A stretch of 63,222 nucleotides of DNA, counting the filler, from a bacterium (GTDB lineage Bacteria; JAMORN01), in assembly GCA_027063545.1 (NCBI GenBank). It is 12 parts of 12 records of this genome, joined end to end, with 100 filler letters (N's around TTAATTAATTAA, not from the genome) between each part and the next. Parts side by side here need not be neighbours in the genome. Positions count along the whole stretch, not along the records: positions 1 to 4,717 come from JAMORN010000168.1; positions 4,818 to 10,631 come from JAMORN010000169.1; positions 10,732 to 16,543 come from JAMORN010000170.1; 9 more parts are not named here. One strand, written 5' to 3'. A model generated the notes under the pieces. The model had not been told where the DNA came from. It saw nothing but the letters and a program-made list of their open reading frames with translations, and made no database searches. Of the stretch, positions 1-11,333 are shown in pieces. How positions within the stretch are numbered: position 1 is the stretch's first letter; each line of letters begins with the position of its first letter. A program made the position numbers and the translations under genes.

Positions 1-1
1 G

Positions 2-1285
2 AATATTTTAGAGATTGTATTTTCTGATCCTTCTTTTTTAATAGATTTATATATCTATGATACAACAAACACAAATGATATAATGAAAATAGTATCTTCT
101 ATAGGAATAAATGCTTTAACAAATTTCGTTAAACAATTGCCTATATATCCTTTATCCTTGCAAAATGAATATAAAAATATATTTAATATTGAAAAAAAAT
201 TGAAAGAACTTAAAAAAAATATTTTAATATTTAATTTAATTTTTAATAATGATAAAGATATAAATTTAATTAAATCAGTTTATTTAATTAAAGAATGGAA
301 GGAGTTCTTCGCTTTATATTATAATTCTTCTCTTTTAATAAATAAAAGATATGAAGAAATTAACAGTAAATATATGAAATTTCTCCAGCAAAATTTGGGG
401 GATAAAGTAATATATAAAGAATTGAATAATCCGGAGATAGTAAAAAAAATTGATGAAATTAAATTTTTACTAAAAAATCCTGAAAAAATAAAAGAACATC
501 CTAAAAAAGATGAAATTCTTTCTTTATTAAAAAAAGAAATAACTATATATGATATAAACTTTCTAAATAAATATATTTTTTATCTAGAAGAAAATAATGA
601 TGTTTTAAAATCTGAGATATCAAAAGTAAATCTTAAATTAAAAGAAAATACTGAAATATTAAAATTTTATAAACTTATTATTGATGTTATAAAAGATGTT
701 GTAGACATAGAACATATTGCAAATTTAAAAAATGTATATAATATAATCTTAAATAAAATAAATGATTACTTTAGTGTATTTTTATTAAATAAAGAAAACT
801 TAATATCTTCAAAAGGACAGAGAAAATTATCAAAAGAAGAACTATATGAAATTAAAACTACTCATAATGATGTTAACATCTCATCTACCAAATATTTAAG
901 TAAAATAGAGTTTTTACCTCAAGATTTTTATTTATATAAAATTACATTAAACAAAGATTACATATTAATTTTATCTAAAAAAGAAAAATTATCAACTAAA
1001 GAACTGCAAATATTAAAAGAATTCGAAAATATTCTCCAATTAATAGGATCTTTATCTGATATGTTTAATAAAAAACTTACACAATTAAAAGAAAGTGAAG
1101 AAAAGAATATAATAGGTCAAACACAAGAGCTTTTAAATTCATACTACCATATATTAAAAAAATACTCTAATATTGATTACTATAAATTTGAAGATGTTAA
1201 AAAGATAATTGATATACTTAATAAGGAATTTATAAAATTAATGGATAAATTTAAAACAAAGGTATTAAAAACAGGGGAGAACTAA
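2..1285 (+). CDS. Hypothetical protein, 5'-truncated by window edge; N-terminus weakly HDOD-like
   Basis: Frame is open from position 2 (NILEIVFSDPSFLIDL...DIMKIVSSIGINALTNF), upstream of the ORF-track ATG at 83. It stops 1 nt before rho, whose RBS (GGGGAG) lies in its 3' end. Confidence 0.6.
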   Translation, partial: NILEIVFSDPSFLIDLYIYDTTNTNDIMKIVSSIGINALTNFVKQLPIYPLSLQNEYKNIFNIEKKLKELKKNILIFNLIFNNDKDINLIKSVYLIKEWKEFFALYYNSSLLINKRYEEINSKYMKFLQQNLGDKVIYKELNNPEIVKKIDEIKFLLKNPEKIKEHPKKDEILSLLKKEITIYDINFLNKYIFYLEENNDVLKSEISKVNLKLKENTEILKFYKLIIDVIKDVVDIEHIANLKNVYNIILNKINDYFSVFLLNKENLISSKGQRKLSKEELYEIKTTHNDVNISSTKYLSKIEFLPQDFYLYKITLNKDYILILSKKEKLSTKELQILKEFENILQLIGSLSDMFNKKLTQLKESEEKNIIGQTQELLNSYYHILKKYSNIDYYKFEDVKKIIDILNKEFIKLMDKFKTKVLKTGEN

Positions 1286-1286
1286 T

Positions 1287-2717
1287 ATGCCAAGAAGAAA
1301 AAAAACAGAAACAGCAAAAAAAACAACTTCTTCAGCTGAAATAAAAACAAATCATATTCTTGCAAATAAAAGCATAATAGAAGAGGAAATTATTCAAAAA
1401 ATAAGAACAGATAAAAACTCTAATATATTAAATTTAAATGAACTTAGAAGAATGTCTATAGATCAACTTATAGAAATGGCAGAAAATATAGGGCTTGAGG
1501 ATTATTCTCGTTTAAAAAAGGCTGAACTTGTTTTTAAGATTTTAAATCAAAAGGCTAGAAATGAAAATGTAGAATTATTTGGGGGTGGAGTTTTAGAAAT
1601 ATCTCACAATAACAATTTTGGTTTTTTAAGAGCAAGTGAATATCATTACAAGCAAAGTTTATCAGACATATATGTTCCTCCTCAAATAATAAAACAATAT
1701 TCATTAAAAACAGGAGATGTTGTCTTCGGGAAGTTAAGACCTCCTGATCCTACAAGAGAAAAAGACAATTACTTTGCTCTTCAAGTAATTGGTCATATTA
1801 ATTATGATGATCCAGAAGTTTGTAAAACAAAAATTCCTTTTGAGGATTTAACACCTATTTTTCCAAACGAAAAATTTAATCTAGAATATGATCCTTCTGA
1901 AGTTTCAACAAGACTTATTGATATGTTTGCTCCTATTGGTAAAGGACAACGTGCTTTAATAGTTGCTCCTCCTAAATCTGGTAAAACAATAATCCTACAA
2001 CAAATAGCTAAAGCGATTGTAACTAACCATCCAGAAGTAATTGTGATAGTTCTTCTTATAGATGAAAGACCTGAAGAAGTTACAGACTTTAAAAGAGTTT
2101 TCTCTGATAAAGACAATGTAGAAGTTGTTGCTTCAACATTTGACGAAGATCCAAAAAATCATATCCATTTAGCTGAACTTGTAAAAGAAAAAGCAAAAAG
2201 ATTTGTAGAACATGGTAGAGACGTTGTTATTCTTCTAGACTCTATTACTCGTTTAACAAGAGCTTATAACGCTACTTTAAATAGTAGTGGTAAAGTTTTA
2301 TCTGGTGGTATAGATGTAAATGCATTTAGTGTCCCAAAAAGTTTTTTTGGTGCTGCTAGAAAAATAGAAGCTGGTGGTTCCCTTACTATAATTGCTACCG
2401 CTTTAATTGAGACTGGTAGTAAGATGGATGAGGTTATTTTTGAAGAATTTAAAGGTACTGGTAATATGGAACTAGTTCTTGATAGAAAAATGGCTGATAG
2501 AAGAATATTCCCTGCTATTGATCTTATAAGAAGTGGTACAAGAAGAGAAGAACTTTTATTAAGGGAAGATATTAAACAAAGGGTATGGATTTTAAGAAAA
2601 ATCTTTGCTGAAACTTTTACCAATTCTGGAGAGATTATATTAAAAATAAAGGATAAAATAAAAGAATTCCCAAATAACGAGGAATTTTTAAGTAACTTAC
2701 AAAATATTAAATTTTAA
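1287..2717 (+). CDS. rho: Transcription termination factor Rho
   Basis: FGFLR RNA-binding motif, PIGKGQRALIVAPPKSGKT Walker A, LIDERPEEVTD, LLDSITRL, FEEFKGTGNMEL, SGTRREELL. Confidence 0.98.
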   Translation: MPRRKKTETAKKTTSSAEIKTNHILANKSIIEEEIIQKIRTDKNSNILNLNELRRMSIDQLIEMAENIGLEDYSRLKKAELVFKILNQKARNENVELFGGGVLEISHNNNFGFLRASEYHYKQSLSDIYVPPQIIKQYSLKTGDVVFGKLRPPDPTREKDNYFALQVIGHINYDDPEVCKTKIPFEDLTPIFPNEKFNLEYDPSEVSTRLIDMFAPIGKGQRALIVAPPKSGKTIILQQIAKAIVTNHPEVIVIVLLIDERPEEVTDFKRVFSDKDNVEVVASTFDEDPKNHIHLAELVKEKAKRFVEHGRDVVILLDSITRLTRAYNATLNSSGKVLSGGIDVNAFSVPKSFFGAARKIEAGGSLTIIATALIETGSKMDEVIFEEFKGTGNMELVLDRKMADRRIFPAIDLIRSGTRREELLLREDIKQRVWILRKIFAETFTNSGEIILKIKDKIKEFPNNEEFLSNLQNIKF

Positions 2718-2776
2718 ATTATTTTAAATAGAATTGAATTATACTTATTTTGATTTAATAATATGATTTAATATAA

Positions 2777-3529
2777 TTAAGATATAAAATCTTGACATAT
2801 TTTTATTGGACCCACATAGTAAAGACTTAAATTATATGGATTAAAGAAAAGTTTAACTACTTTTATTTTAAACTTTTCTTTTTTTAATGCTTCCTTTAAA
2901 AATTTATAAAAATTACCTTCTTTATTATTTGGTCTAAAGCAGGAGCAATCTACAAAACTTAAAAAAAGTATATATGCATAAGTATTTTTTTCTTTTTCAA
3001 TAATAGAAACTAACTCTTCTATATGTTTTTCTCCTCTTTTTGTAGGACTATCGGGAAATAAACATATATTACCTTCTCTTAATGTAACACCTTTTACTTC
3101 TATCCAATACCTTTTTGTTTTACTCTCCACAAAAAAATCTATTCTAGAATCACCTAATTTTTTTTCTTTATATACAATAAATGGTTCTTCTAATTCTAAT
3201 ATATTCTCCTCTATTAAAAAATTAGCTATTTGAGAATGATATTTAGGATTTAAAAATATGAAATTTTTAAACTCATCTTCTATAGCAATTAAATCATATT
3301 GAGTTTTTCTTGACAAATTACTTTCTATATATCTAACAATAACCTTTCTTTTTTCCTTTAAAAGTTCATTTAATCTCCCAGAATCTGAAAGATGAACCTC
3401 CACATCTTTCTTTATGATACTATTAGTGTTACTATCTATTAAATCACAAATAACTAAAAATCTATTTTTTCTTTCCTTAAATATGCCATAAAATATATTT
3501 TTATTATCAAGCGAAAATATTAACTTCAT
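2777..3529 (-). CDS. sfsA: DNA/RNA nuclease SfsA (sugar fermentation stimulation protein)
   Basis: RKNRF N-terminal OB region, HLSDSGRLNELL, SRIDF..WIEVKGVTL..FPDSPTKRGEKHIEEL. Confidence 0.93.
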   Translation of the reverse strand: MKLIFSLDNKNIFYGIFKERKNRFLVICDLIDSNTNSIIKKDVEVHLSDSGRLNELLKEKRKVIVRYIESNLSRKTQYDLIAIEDEFKNFIFLNPKYHSQIANFLIEENILELEEPFIVYKEKKLGDSRIDFFVESKTKRYWIEVKGVTLREGNICLFPDSPTKRGEKHIEELVSIIEKEKNTYAYILFLSFVDCSCFRPNNKEGNFYKFLKEALKKEKFKIKVVKLFFNPYNLSLYYVGPIKICQDFIS

Positions 3530-3531
3530 TT

Positions 3532-3981
3532 TTATTCTTTTCTACATTCTTTGCAAATTCCATAAAAGTAAAATTGATAAAAATCAACACTATGTCCTTC
3601 TATTTCTTTTATCTCTGGAAGATTAAGATTATCAGACATAATGTCATAAATTTTTCCACACTTTAAACATTTAAAATGAGAATGGGGTTCTGTATTGATG
3701 TCATATCTTACAACCTCTTCCTCTAATGTCAAAGGAACTACTATATTATGTTTAACAAAAAGTTTCAATGTATTATATACAGTAGTTAATGACAAAACAG
3801 GTATAGTTTGCTTAAGGTGGGAATAAATCTCTTCAGCTGTTGGATGAATTCTATTCTCCAAAAGAAATTTTAAAATATTAACACGATGAACAGAAGGAGA
3901 CAATCCTTTTTCTTCTTTTAAAAATTTTTTTAACTCATCAATAGAATATTCTTTCCTAGACAATAAAGTATTACTAGCCAT
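3532..3981 (-). CDS. perR: Fur-family regulator, PerR-like
   Basis: HPTAEEIY, TVYNTLKLF, RYD..HSHFKCLKCGKIYDI, FYGICKEC. Start placed at the second Met (3981) behind a GGAGG RBS. A Per box lies upstream. Confidence 0.8.
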   Translation of the reverse strand: MASNTLLSRKEYSIDELKKFLKEEKGLSPSVHRVNILKFLLENRIHPTAEEIYSHLKQTIPVLSLTTVYNTLKLFVKHNIVVPLTLEEEVVRYDINTEPHSHFKCLKCGKIYDIMSDNLNLPEIKEIEGHSVDFYQFYFYGICKECRKE

Positions 3982-4002
3982 ATTAACCTCCATTTTACAA
4001 TA

Positions 4003-4017
4003 TTATAATAATTTTAA
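4003..4017. promoter_or_regulatory. Per box (PerR operator), likely autoregulatory
   Basis: TTATAAT-A-ATTTTAA matches TTATAAT-N-ATTATAA at 13/14, about 20 nt upstream of the perR-like start. The AT-rich background lowers specificity. Confidence 0.6.
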
Positions 4018-4061
4018 TATAAAAATATTTTAAAATAAAGTAAATCTTTATACGAATTTTT

Positions 4062-4715
4062 TTAAAATTTTTCTCTCAAAGATTTTATTTTTGAAATTCT
4101 CCCCCTATACTCCTTGGGAATAGAGTCCTTAAAAAAATTCTCTGATAGAAAATTTAAATTAATCCAAGCATCTTCATATAAGGGATTTAATTCTAAACTA
4201 CTTATAAATAGATTTAAAGATTCCAAAAATTTGTTTTCTATGTAATAGAAAAAACCTAAATTATTTATCGCTATAAAATCATAGGGCTCTTTTTCTAACC
4301 GATTCTTTATAATCTCTAAAGCTCTTTTTATATCTTTATCATATATTCTGTTAAACTCTTTCCATTCTTCAAAATTTTCTAAAATTTCTATAGATTTTAA
4401 GTAAAAGTCTTTACTTTTTTGATAATTTTCCTTTTTCTCATAAGCTTTAGCTAAAACTAAAAAAACAAAAAAATCTTTTTTAGAATAAAAGTTAAAATCC
4501 TTTATAAAAAATTCTCCTAATTTAATAGTATTATCTAAATCATCCTGTTTATAGTATATCCTAATAAGTAAATATATTGTTTTTGCATAAAGTTCATATT
4601 TATCTACAGGTATAAAATTTATAACTATAGGCATTTTTAAAACTCTTTCTAAATCTTGTTTGGCTCTATTATATTCGCCTAACCTAAATAGATAAAACCC
4701 TCGCTGGAGATAAAA
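4062..4715 (-). CDS. TPR protein, 5'-truncated at contig end
   Basis: Frame open to the contig end (FYLQRGFYLFRLGEYNRAKQDLERVLK); further TPRs LAKAYEKKENYQKS and AINNLGFFYY...LELNPLYEDAWINL. Confidence 0.75.
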   Translation of the reverse strand, partial: FYLQRGFYLFRLGEYNRAKQDLERVLKMPIVINFIPVDKYELYAKTIYLLIRIYYKQDDLDNTIKLGEFFIKDFNFYSKKDFFVFLVLAKAYEKKENYQKSKDFYLKSIEILENFEEWKEFNRIYDKDIKRALEIIKNRLEKEPYDFIAINNLGFFYYIENKFLESLNLFISSLELNPLYEDAWINLNFLSENFFKDSIPKEYRGRISKIKSLREKF

Positions 4716-4717
4716 GT

Positions 4718-4817
4718 NNNNNNNNNNNNNNNNNNNNNNNNNNNNNNNNNNNNNNNNNNNNTTAATTAATTAANNNNNNNNNNNNNNNNNNNNNNNNNNN
4801 NNNNNNNNNNNNNNNNN
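4718..4817. other. Artificial contig spacer
   Basis: N44-TTAATTAATTAA-N44, stops in all six frames. Confidence 0.99.
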
Positions 4818-6052
4818 CTTAATGCCTCTTTCCTTAATCTGGCACCATTACATACAGGACAAACTTTTTCTATTAAAAATTTTTCTATATGATATCTTTT
4901 TTTGAATGAAAATTTACTATATTCATATTCCTCTAGTAAATATTCCTCAAAGCCTTTAAATCCGTCTCCTCCATAAAATATTTTTTTCTTAAGATCTGTT
5001 GAAATATTACGCCATCTATCATTTAAACTTTTATTACACTTTTTTAATAATTTCTTAACTTCTTCCATGACCTCATAACTCAAATATAAAGGATCAAATA
5101 TATATTTAATGACAGATCGAATGATACTATCAGTTTCTGTAACAATAGAGTCTATAAAATCTGAGTTTAATCCAACTTTTATTCCTAAACCTCCACAACT
5201 AGGGCAAGCCCCATAAGGACTATTAAAAGAAAAAAGCCTAGGTTCTAAATTGGGATAAGAAATATTACAATAAGGACAAGCAAAATGTTCTGAATATAAC
5301 TCTCTTTTAGATAAATCATACTCAACTATTTCAACGAAACCTTTTGATAATTTTAAAGCTATTTCAACGGAATTTAATAATCTATCCCTAAAATCCTGAT
5401 CATCCTCTTTTAAAATAAGTCTATCTATAACAACATAAATATCATGATTTTTATATTTATCTAACTGGGGTATCTCATCAGAAGAAAAATTGAACCATTC
5501 TCCATCTATCAAAAATCTACTATATCCTTCAGAAATTAAACTTTCTATAGTTCTTTTATGCTCTCCTTTCCTTCCCCTTATTATAGGTGATAATACCATG
5601 AATTTTTTAAATTTCTTAGAACTTAATATTATATTTACAATATCGGAAGGTGATTGACTTTCAATTTTTCTTCCACAATTATAACAATATACCTCTCCCA
5701 ATCTTGCAAACAATAATCTTAAATAATCATAAATTTCTGTTGTTGTCCCAACTGTAGATCTTGGATTATGAGAAGTTGTTTTTTGTTCTATCGCAATAGC
5801 AGGCGATATACCTTCAATTTTATCTAAATCTGGTTTTTCCATTAAATCCAAAAACTGCCTAGCATAAGAAGAAAGAGATTCAACGTATCGTCTTTGACCT
5901 TCAGCATATAAAGTATCAAAGGCTAAAGAGGATTTTCCACTACCACTAACCCCTGTTATAACAACAAATTTATTTCTTGGAATTTTTACATCTATATTTT
6001 TAAGATTATGAGTTCTAACACCTTTTAAGTAAATATATTGTAATTCTCCCAT
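4818..6052 (-). CDS. uvrA: Excinuclease ABC subunit A, N-terminal part (3'-truncated)
   Basis: HNLKNIDV, TGVSGSGKSSLAFDTLYAEGQRRYVESLS, NPRSTVGT, Zn-finger CxxC pairs. Confidence 0.98.
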
Positions 6053-6061
6053 TTTTATTGA

Positions 6062-6481
6062 TTAATCATTGATATCATTTTGATTATTTTGATGTCTTAA
6101 TTTATAAAAATGTAAAGCTGTATTTATTATTTCTTTTAATTTTTTATCACTAATAGGTTTAGCTATCCATTTATATAACCCTAACTTCTTAGCTTTTATT
6201 ATAGCATGGCTAGGATCATAACCAAAAGCTGTCATTAAGACAACTGGCAATTCTGGTTTTATCTGTTTTATTTTTTCAAATACTTCATATCCATTCATAT
6301 CTGGCATTGCTATATCAGATAAAACTAAAAAAAAGTCATTTTCTTTTACTAACTCTATAGCTTTCTCTCCGCTATCTACAACAATAGGGACAAAGCCTTC
6401 TAATTCTAACTTTAATTTTAAACTCTCTCTAATATCTCTATCATCATCTATAATTAAAATCTTTTTTTCTATCTCCGTCAT
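6062..6481 (-). CDS. Single-domain response regulator (receiver)
   Basis: ILIIDDD, LSDIAMPDMNG, MTAFG, KP; no output domain. Confidence 0.92.
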   Translation of the reverse strand: MTEIEKKILIIDDDRDIRESLKLKLELEGFVPIVVDSGEKAIELVKENDFFLVLSDIAMPDMNGYEVFEKIKQIKPELPVVLMTAFGYDPSHAIIKAKKLGLYKWIAKPISDKKLKEIINTALHFYKLRHQNNQNDIND

Positions 6482-6502
6482 TCCGTATCCTAAGTTAAAT
6501 TT

Positions 6503-7819
6503 CTAATATCTATAGTTATCATGTTTATACGGCCCTTCTATTGGAATACCTAAATATTCAGATTGCTCTGGTGTTAGCTTTGTTAATTTTACTCCTAACT
6601 TTCCTAAATGAAGTCTAGCTACTTCCTCATCAAGTATCTTAGGCAGTGTATATACTCTATTTTGATATTTACCTCTATTTTTATATAGTTCTATCTGAGC
6701 AAGAACTTGATTTGTAAAAGATATAGACATAACAAAACTAGGATGTCCTCCTCCATTACCTAAATTTACAAGTCTTCCTTCAGAAAGTAAAATTATACTC
6801 TTTCCATCTGGCCATGTAAATCTGTCTACTAATGGTTTTATTGTTGTTCTTTTTATATTTGGATCATTCATTATTGAAGCTACATCTATTTCTATATCAA
6901 AATGTCCTATATTTGCTACTATTGCACCATCTTTCATTCTATCCATGTGCTCTCTTCTTATAACATGTTTATTACCAGTTGCTGTAACAAAAATATCCGC
7001 TTTCTCTACAACATCTTCTAAAGTAGTAACCTCATATCCTTCCATTACAGCTTGTAAAGCACAAATAGGATCAATTTCTGTTACTACAACCCTAGCACCC
7101 TGCCCTCTTAAAGCCTGAGCAACACCTTTCCCAACTTCTCCATAACCTAATACAACAGCTAATTTTCCTGCTATCATTACATTAACAGCCTGTTTAAATC
7201 CATCTAAAAAACTTTCCCTACATCCATATGTATTATCAAACTTTGATTTTGTAACAGAATCATTTACAGCAATAGCAGGGAATGGCAAAGTTCCTTCCTT
7301 CTCCCTTTGAATTAATCTATGTACACCTGTTGTAGTTTCCTCTGAAACACCTAAAATTTCAGGCACAAGCTTAGAATGCTTCTCTATTACATAATTAGTT
7401 AAATCTCCCCCGTCGTCTATTAAAAGATTAGGTCCTTTCCCATCTTCAAAATGAAGAGTTTGCTCTATTGCCCACCAATACTCATCTTCTGTTTCTCCTT
7501 TCCAAGCAAATACAGGAATTCCTTTATGGGCAATATACGCTGCTGCTGTATCCTGAGTAGAATAAATATTACAGGAACTCCATCTAACCTCAGCTCCTAA
7601 CTCTACCAATGTTTCTATTAGTACTGCTGTCTGAACAGTCATGTGAATACTACCAGCGATTCTTGCCCCTTTTAAAGGTTTCTCATCTCTATATTTTTCC
7701 CTTAGAGCCATAAGTCCTGGCATATCATTCTCAGCCATTCTAATCTCTTCAGCTCCCTGTTTCCATAAATTTATATCTTTAACTTTATATTGCAATACTT
7801 CTATTTTCTCCTTTGACAT
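6503..7819 (-). CDS. ahcY: Adenosylhomocysteinase
   Basis: [62 protein letters not shown]. Start at the second Met, 6 nt after GGAGG. Confidence 0.98.
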   Translation of the reverse strand: MSKEKIEVLQYKVKDINLWKQGAEEIRMAENDMPGLMALREKYRDEKPLKGARIAGSIHMTVQTAVLIETLVELGAEVRWSSCNIYSTQDTAAAYIAHKGIPVFAWKGETEDEYWWAIEQTLHFEDGKGPNLLIDDGGDLTNYVIEKHSKLVPEILGVSEETTTGVHRLIQREKEGTLPFPAIAVNDSVTKSKFDNTYGCRESFLDGFKQAVNVMIAGKLAVVLGYGEVGKGVAQALRGQGARVVVTEIDPICALQAVMEGYEVTTLEDVVEKADIFVTATGNKHVIRREHMDRMKDGAIVANIGHFDIEIDVASIMNDPNIKRTTIKPLVDRFTWPDGKSIILLSEGRLVNLGNGGGHPSFVMSISFTNQVLAQIELYKNRGKYQNRVYTLPKILDEEVARLHLGKLGVKLTKLTPEQSEYLGIPIEGPYKHDNYRY

Positions 7820-7873
7820 ATTCATCCTCCAGTTAGTATCTAAGAATTTTTTAAGCTATATTATTATAAATAA

Positions 7874-9034
7874 TTATAAATTAAAATAATTTTTTATATC
7901 TTCAACCTTATCCAATCTCTCCCATGTAAATTCTTCTTCATCTCTTCCAAAATGTCCTAAGGCTGCTGTTTTTTTGTATATAGGACGTTTTAAATCTAAT
8001 TTTTCAATTATATCTTTAGGTTTTAATGGAAAAATTTTTCTTATAGCATCAACTATTTTCTCTTCATCAACTTGAGATGTTCCATAAGTATTTACATATA
8101 TACTTACTGGCTCTGCTACACCTATTGCATAAGCTAACTGCACTAATACCTTTGAGGCTATTCCTGAAGCCACAATATTTTTAGCAATATATCTTGCTGC
8201 ATAAGCTGCAGATCTATCCACTTTTGAAGGATCTTTACCTGAGAAAGCACCTCCTCCATGTGAGCCATGACCTCCATAAGTATCTACAATAATCTTTCTT
8301 CCGGTTAATCCAGTATCTCCTGCAGGGCCTCCAATTACAAATCTTCCAGTAGGGTTTATATAAAATTTTGTATCACTATCTATTAAATCTCCACAAACAG
8401 GCTTTATTAGCTTTTCTATAATATCATTTTCTATCTGTTCTCTAGATATAGAATCCTTATGCTGAGTAGAGACAACTACAGATGTTATTTTTACTGGTTT
8501 ATCATTTTCATATAGTACCGTTACCTGTGTTTTAGCATCTGGATATAAATAATCAATTATACCCTCTTTTCTTAATCTTACCAACTCTCTAACAAGCCTA
8601 TTTGAATAAGCTATTGTTGTTGGCATAAACTCTGGAGTCTCATTTGTGGCATATCCAAACATCATTCCCTGATCACCAGCTCCTTGCTCCTTAAACAAAC
8701 CTTCTCCTTCTTCAACACCCATTGAAATATCTGAAGATTGTTCATGAATAGAAGTTAAAATTCCAACACTTTTATAATCAAATCCTATTGATGAATCTGT
8801 ATACCCAATTTCTTCTATAGTTCTTCTTATTATCTTATCATGATCTAATTTTACCTTTGATTTTACCTCACCAGCTACAATTACAAGTCCTGTAGTTACA
8901 AGAGTCTCACACGCTACTTTAGAATCTGGATCTTCTTTTAAATATTCGTCTAATATTGCATCTGAAATCTGATCAGCTATTTTATCAGGATGTCCTGGAG
9001 ATACAGACTCTGATGTAAAAAGATATCTTTTCAT
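7874..9034 (-). CDS. metK: S-adenosylmethionine synthetase
   Basis: [35 protein letters not shown]. Confidence 0.99.
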   Translation of the reverse strand: MKRYLFTSESVSPGHPDKIADQISDAILDEYLKEDPDSKVACETLVTTGLVIVAGEVKSKVKLDHDKIIRRTIEEIGYTDSSIGFDYKSVGILTSIHEQSSDISMGVEEGEGLFKEQGAGDQGMMFGYATNETPEFMPTTIAYSNRLVRELVRLRKEGIIDYLYPDAKTQVTVLYENDKPVKITSVVVSTQHKDSISREQIENDIIEKLIKPVCGDLIDSDTKFYINPTGRFVIGGPAGDTGLTGRKIIVDTYGGHGSHGGGAFSGKDPSKVDRSAAYAARYIAKNIVASGIASKVLVQLAYAIGVAEPVSIYVNTYGTSQVDEEKIVDAIRKIFPLKPKDIIEKLDLKRPIYKKTAALGHFGRDEEEFTWERLDKVEDIKNYFNL

Positions 9035-9177
9035 TTTATTCTCTCCTTATTAGATTTAAATGTTTTCATTTTTTAAGAAAAAATACTATTTTATAACTAA
9101 TGAAACAAAATTTATTTTTTTAAATAATTTGTAAGAAATAATATACTAAACTAAATTAAAACAAAGGAGTTAGATAA

Positions 9178-9846
9178 ATGGAACAACCAATCTATCCAGA
9201 GACTGCTGAACAGAAATTTTTAAGATATTATGAGTTAACATTAAATTTCTATAAAAAGAATAAGAAAGTATTTGATGGATTATTTATATTAATAATAATT
9301 GCTTTAATAGGGGCTGGATTATATTATAACAATCAAAGAAGAAAAGAAAAAGAACTAGAAAACTTAATAGGAAAATTTTATGTATATATTTATAAAGGAG
9401 ACAAAGAAAACGCTTTAGCAATAGGAAATCAAATGTTAAATAAATATTTAGGTGATAAAAAGGCTTTAAATGTATTTTATTTAATGGCTAATATATATGC
9501 TAATGACTTTAAAAGAGAAGAAAGTATTGCTATTTTAGAAAAGGTAAAAAACAACTATAAAGATGATAATGATATATACATGTTTGTTCTTTCTAAGTTG
9601 GCATATTTATATACATATAATAATTCTAAAAAAGCAGAAAATTTATTTTCATATTTAATTGAAAAACATCCGAAAGCTGCTTTAAGCAATTATTGGCGGT
9701 TAGAATTAGCAAAATTGATATATAAAGATAATCCTCAAAAGGCAATTGAATTATGTAATTATGTAATAAATAATGAATTACAAAACCCTCAATTAAAACA
9801 GGAAGCAAAAAATTTAAAAAGTATTTATGAATATGTATCAAAATAA
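9178..9846 (+). CDS. Membrane-anchored TPR protein (YfgM-like)
   Basis: Single N-terminal TM (LFILIIIALIGAGLYY) followed by TPR-like helices; AAGGAG RBS. Confidence 0.65.
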   Translation: MEQPIYPETAEQKFLRYYELTLNFYKKNKKVFDGLFILIIIALIGAGLYYNNQRRKEKELENLIGKFYVYIYKGDKENALAIGNQMLNKYLGDKKALNVFYLMANIYANDFKREESIAILEKVKNNYKDDNDIYMFVLSKLAYLYTYNNSKKAENLFSYLIEKHPKAALSNYWRLELAKLIYKDNPQKAIELCNYVINNELQNPQLKQEAKNLKSIYEYVSK

Positions 9847-10631
9847 ACTTAATAAATTATTCTTTTTAATCTTTGGTATATTATTTTTTATGTATACATC
9901 TATATATGCTACTGGTAGTAATTATAGTAAATTGTATAAAGAAGCTTTAACATATTATAAAAAAGGAGATTACTCAAAGGCTTTAAATACTATTCGGACA
10001 ATTATATTTAAATTAAAAGTAAAAAACTATGATGTATATTTATTAGCAGCAAAAGTTAGATATAAAAAAGGTGATATTAAACTTGCAAAAAAGAATTTAG
10101 AAATAGCCCTTAAATATAATCCTAATGGACAAGAGGCTAAAAAGTTATTAGCTCAAATTAGAAAACAAACCTCTTATAAATCTTCTGCTAAATCCAATAA
10201 TGTGACAAAAAAATCATCAAAAATTTCTTCAAAAGAGGAATTATATAAAAAGTTAGATAATTTAATAACAGATGGACAATATGAGAAAGCTATATCTTTA
10301 ATACATAAATATTTAAAAAAATACCCTAATGATCCGGGATTATTTTATTATGCGGGTATTATAAGGTTTGAAAAAGGAGAATATAAAAAGGCTATTATAA
10401 ATTTAACCAAAGCATTAAAGAAAAAAAATAAATTTTATCGTTCCACATACTATTTAGCTATGTCTTATGAGAAGTTAGGGCAGATAGATAAAGCTATAGT
10501 ATTTTATGAAGATTTTATTAGATATCCTATCTCAGAAACATTTAGAAATTCTATTAAAAAGAAATTAGAATTATTAAAAAGTAAAAAAACAGAGCTTATT
10601 AAAAGAGAACTTAGTGCTTCTTTACCTAAAT
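9827..10631 (+). CDS. Exported TPR protein, 3'-truncated
   Basis: Signal peptide, multiple TPRs (YYAGIIRFEKGEYKKAI, YYLAMSYEKLGQIDKA). Confidence 0.8.
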
Positions 10632-10731
10632 NNNNNNNNNNNNNNNNNNNNNNNNNNNNNNNNNNNNNNNNNNNNTTAATTAATTAANNNNNNNNNNNNN
10701 NNNNNNNNNNNNNNNNNNNNNNNNNNNNNNN
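10632..10731. other. Artificial contig spacer
   Basis: N44-TTAATTAATTAA-N44. Confidence 0.99.
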
Positions 10732-10887
10732 ACCAACATTTAAACCATTATATACTTTTGTCCCCAATTGTCTTACTATAATATTTCCAGCTTTTACCTT
10801 CTCTCCGCCGTACTTCTTTATACCTCTATATTTAGGATTTGAATCTCTTCCATTTTTTGATGAACCTTGTCCCTTATGATGAGCCAT
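10732..10887 (-). CDS. rpmA: 50S ribosomal protein L27, 3'-truncated
   Basis: [28 protein letters not shown]; follows rplU. Confidence 0.97.
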
Positions 10888-10908
10888 CCTTTTATCCTCC
10901 TTTTATTC

Positions 10909-11217
10909 CTATTTTATTTCTAAAATCTTTATTTCTGTATAAGGTTGTCTATGTCCTTTTTTCTTTTTTGAATCTTTTCTTTTTCTATACACAAAATGAA
11001 TTACTTTTGGATGTTTCCCATGGGATAAAATTTCAGCTACTACCTTTGAATTTTCAACATAAGGCTTTCCTACTTGATAATTCCCTTCATCACCCTTTAA
11101 TAAAACTCTATCAAATTCTACCTTTTCTCCAACTTCTGCTTTTATAGAAGGTACTTTTAATACATCACCTTCTTCTACCTTAAATTGAAAACCTTTAATC
11201 TCAACAATCGAAAACAT
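10909..11217 (-). CDS. rplU: 50S ribosomal protein L21
   Basis: GFQFKVEEGD, GKPYV, KGHRQPYTEIKI. Confidence 0.97.
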   Translation of the reverse strand: MFSIVEIKGFQFKVEEGDVLKVPSIKAEVGEKVEFDRVLLKGDEGNYQVGKPYVENSKVVAEILSHGKHPKVIHFVYRKRKDSKKKKGHRQPYTEIKILEIK

Positions 11218-11333
11218 ATATCCTTCTCCTTTTATTTTTAATTTGTTTTCATTAAAAAATAAAAAAGCCTTCTAATCTATTTAAAAAAATAAATTTATAT
11301 AGTAATTTTATCAAGATTTTATAGAAAAATTAA

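Noticed and set aside
1802-2623. Minus-strand ORFs inside rho (and similar shadow ORFs at 9626, 10839, 12602, 14561, 20126, 22986, 23539, 26711, 30476, 34579, 35484, 37571, 40498, 51034, 51412, 55020, 61413)
   Set aside because: Antisense shadows of well-supported genes, with no recognisable motifs.
9035-9177. SAM riboswitch upstream of metK-ahcY
   Set aside because: The region is almost pure A/T, with no SAM-I/II core or stable stems.
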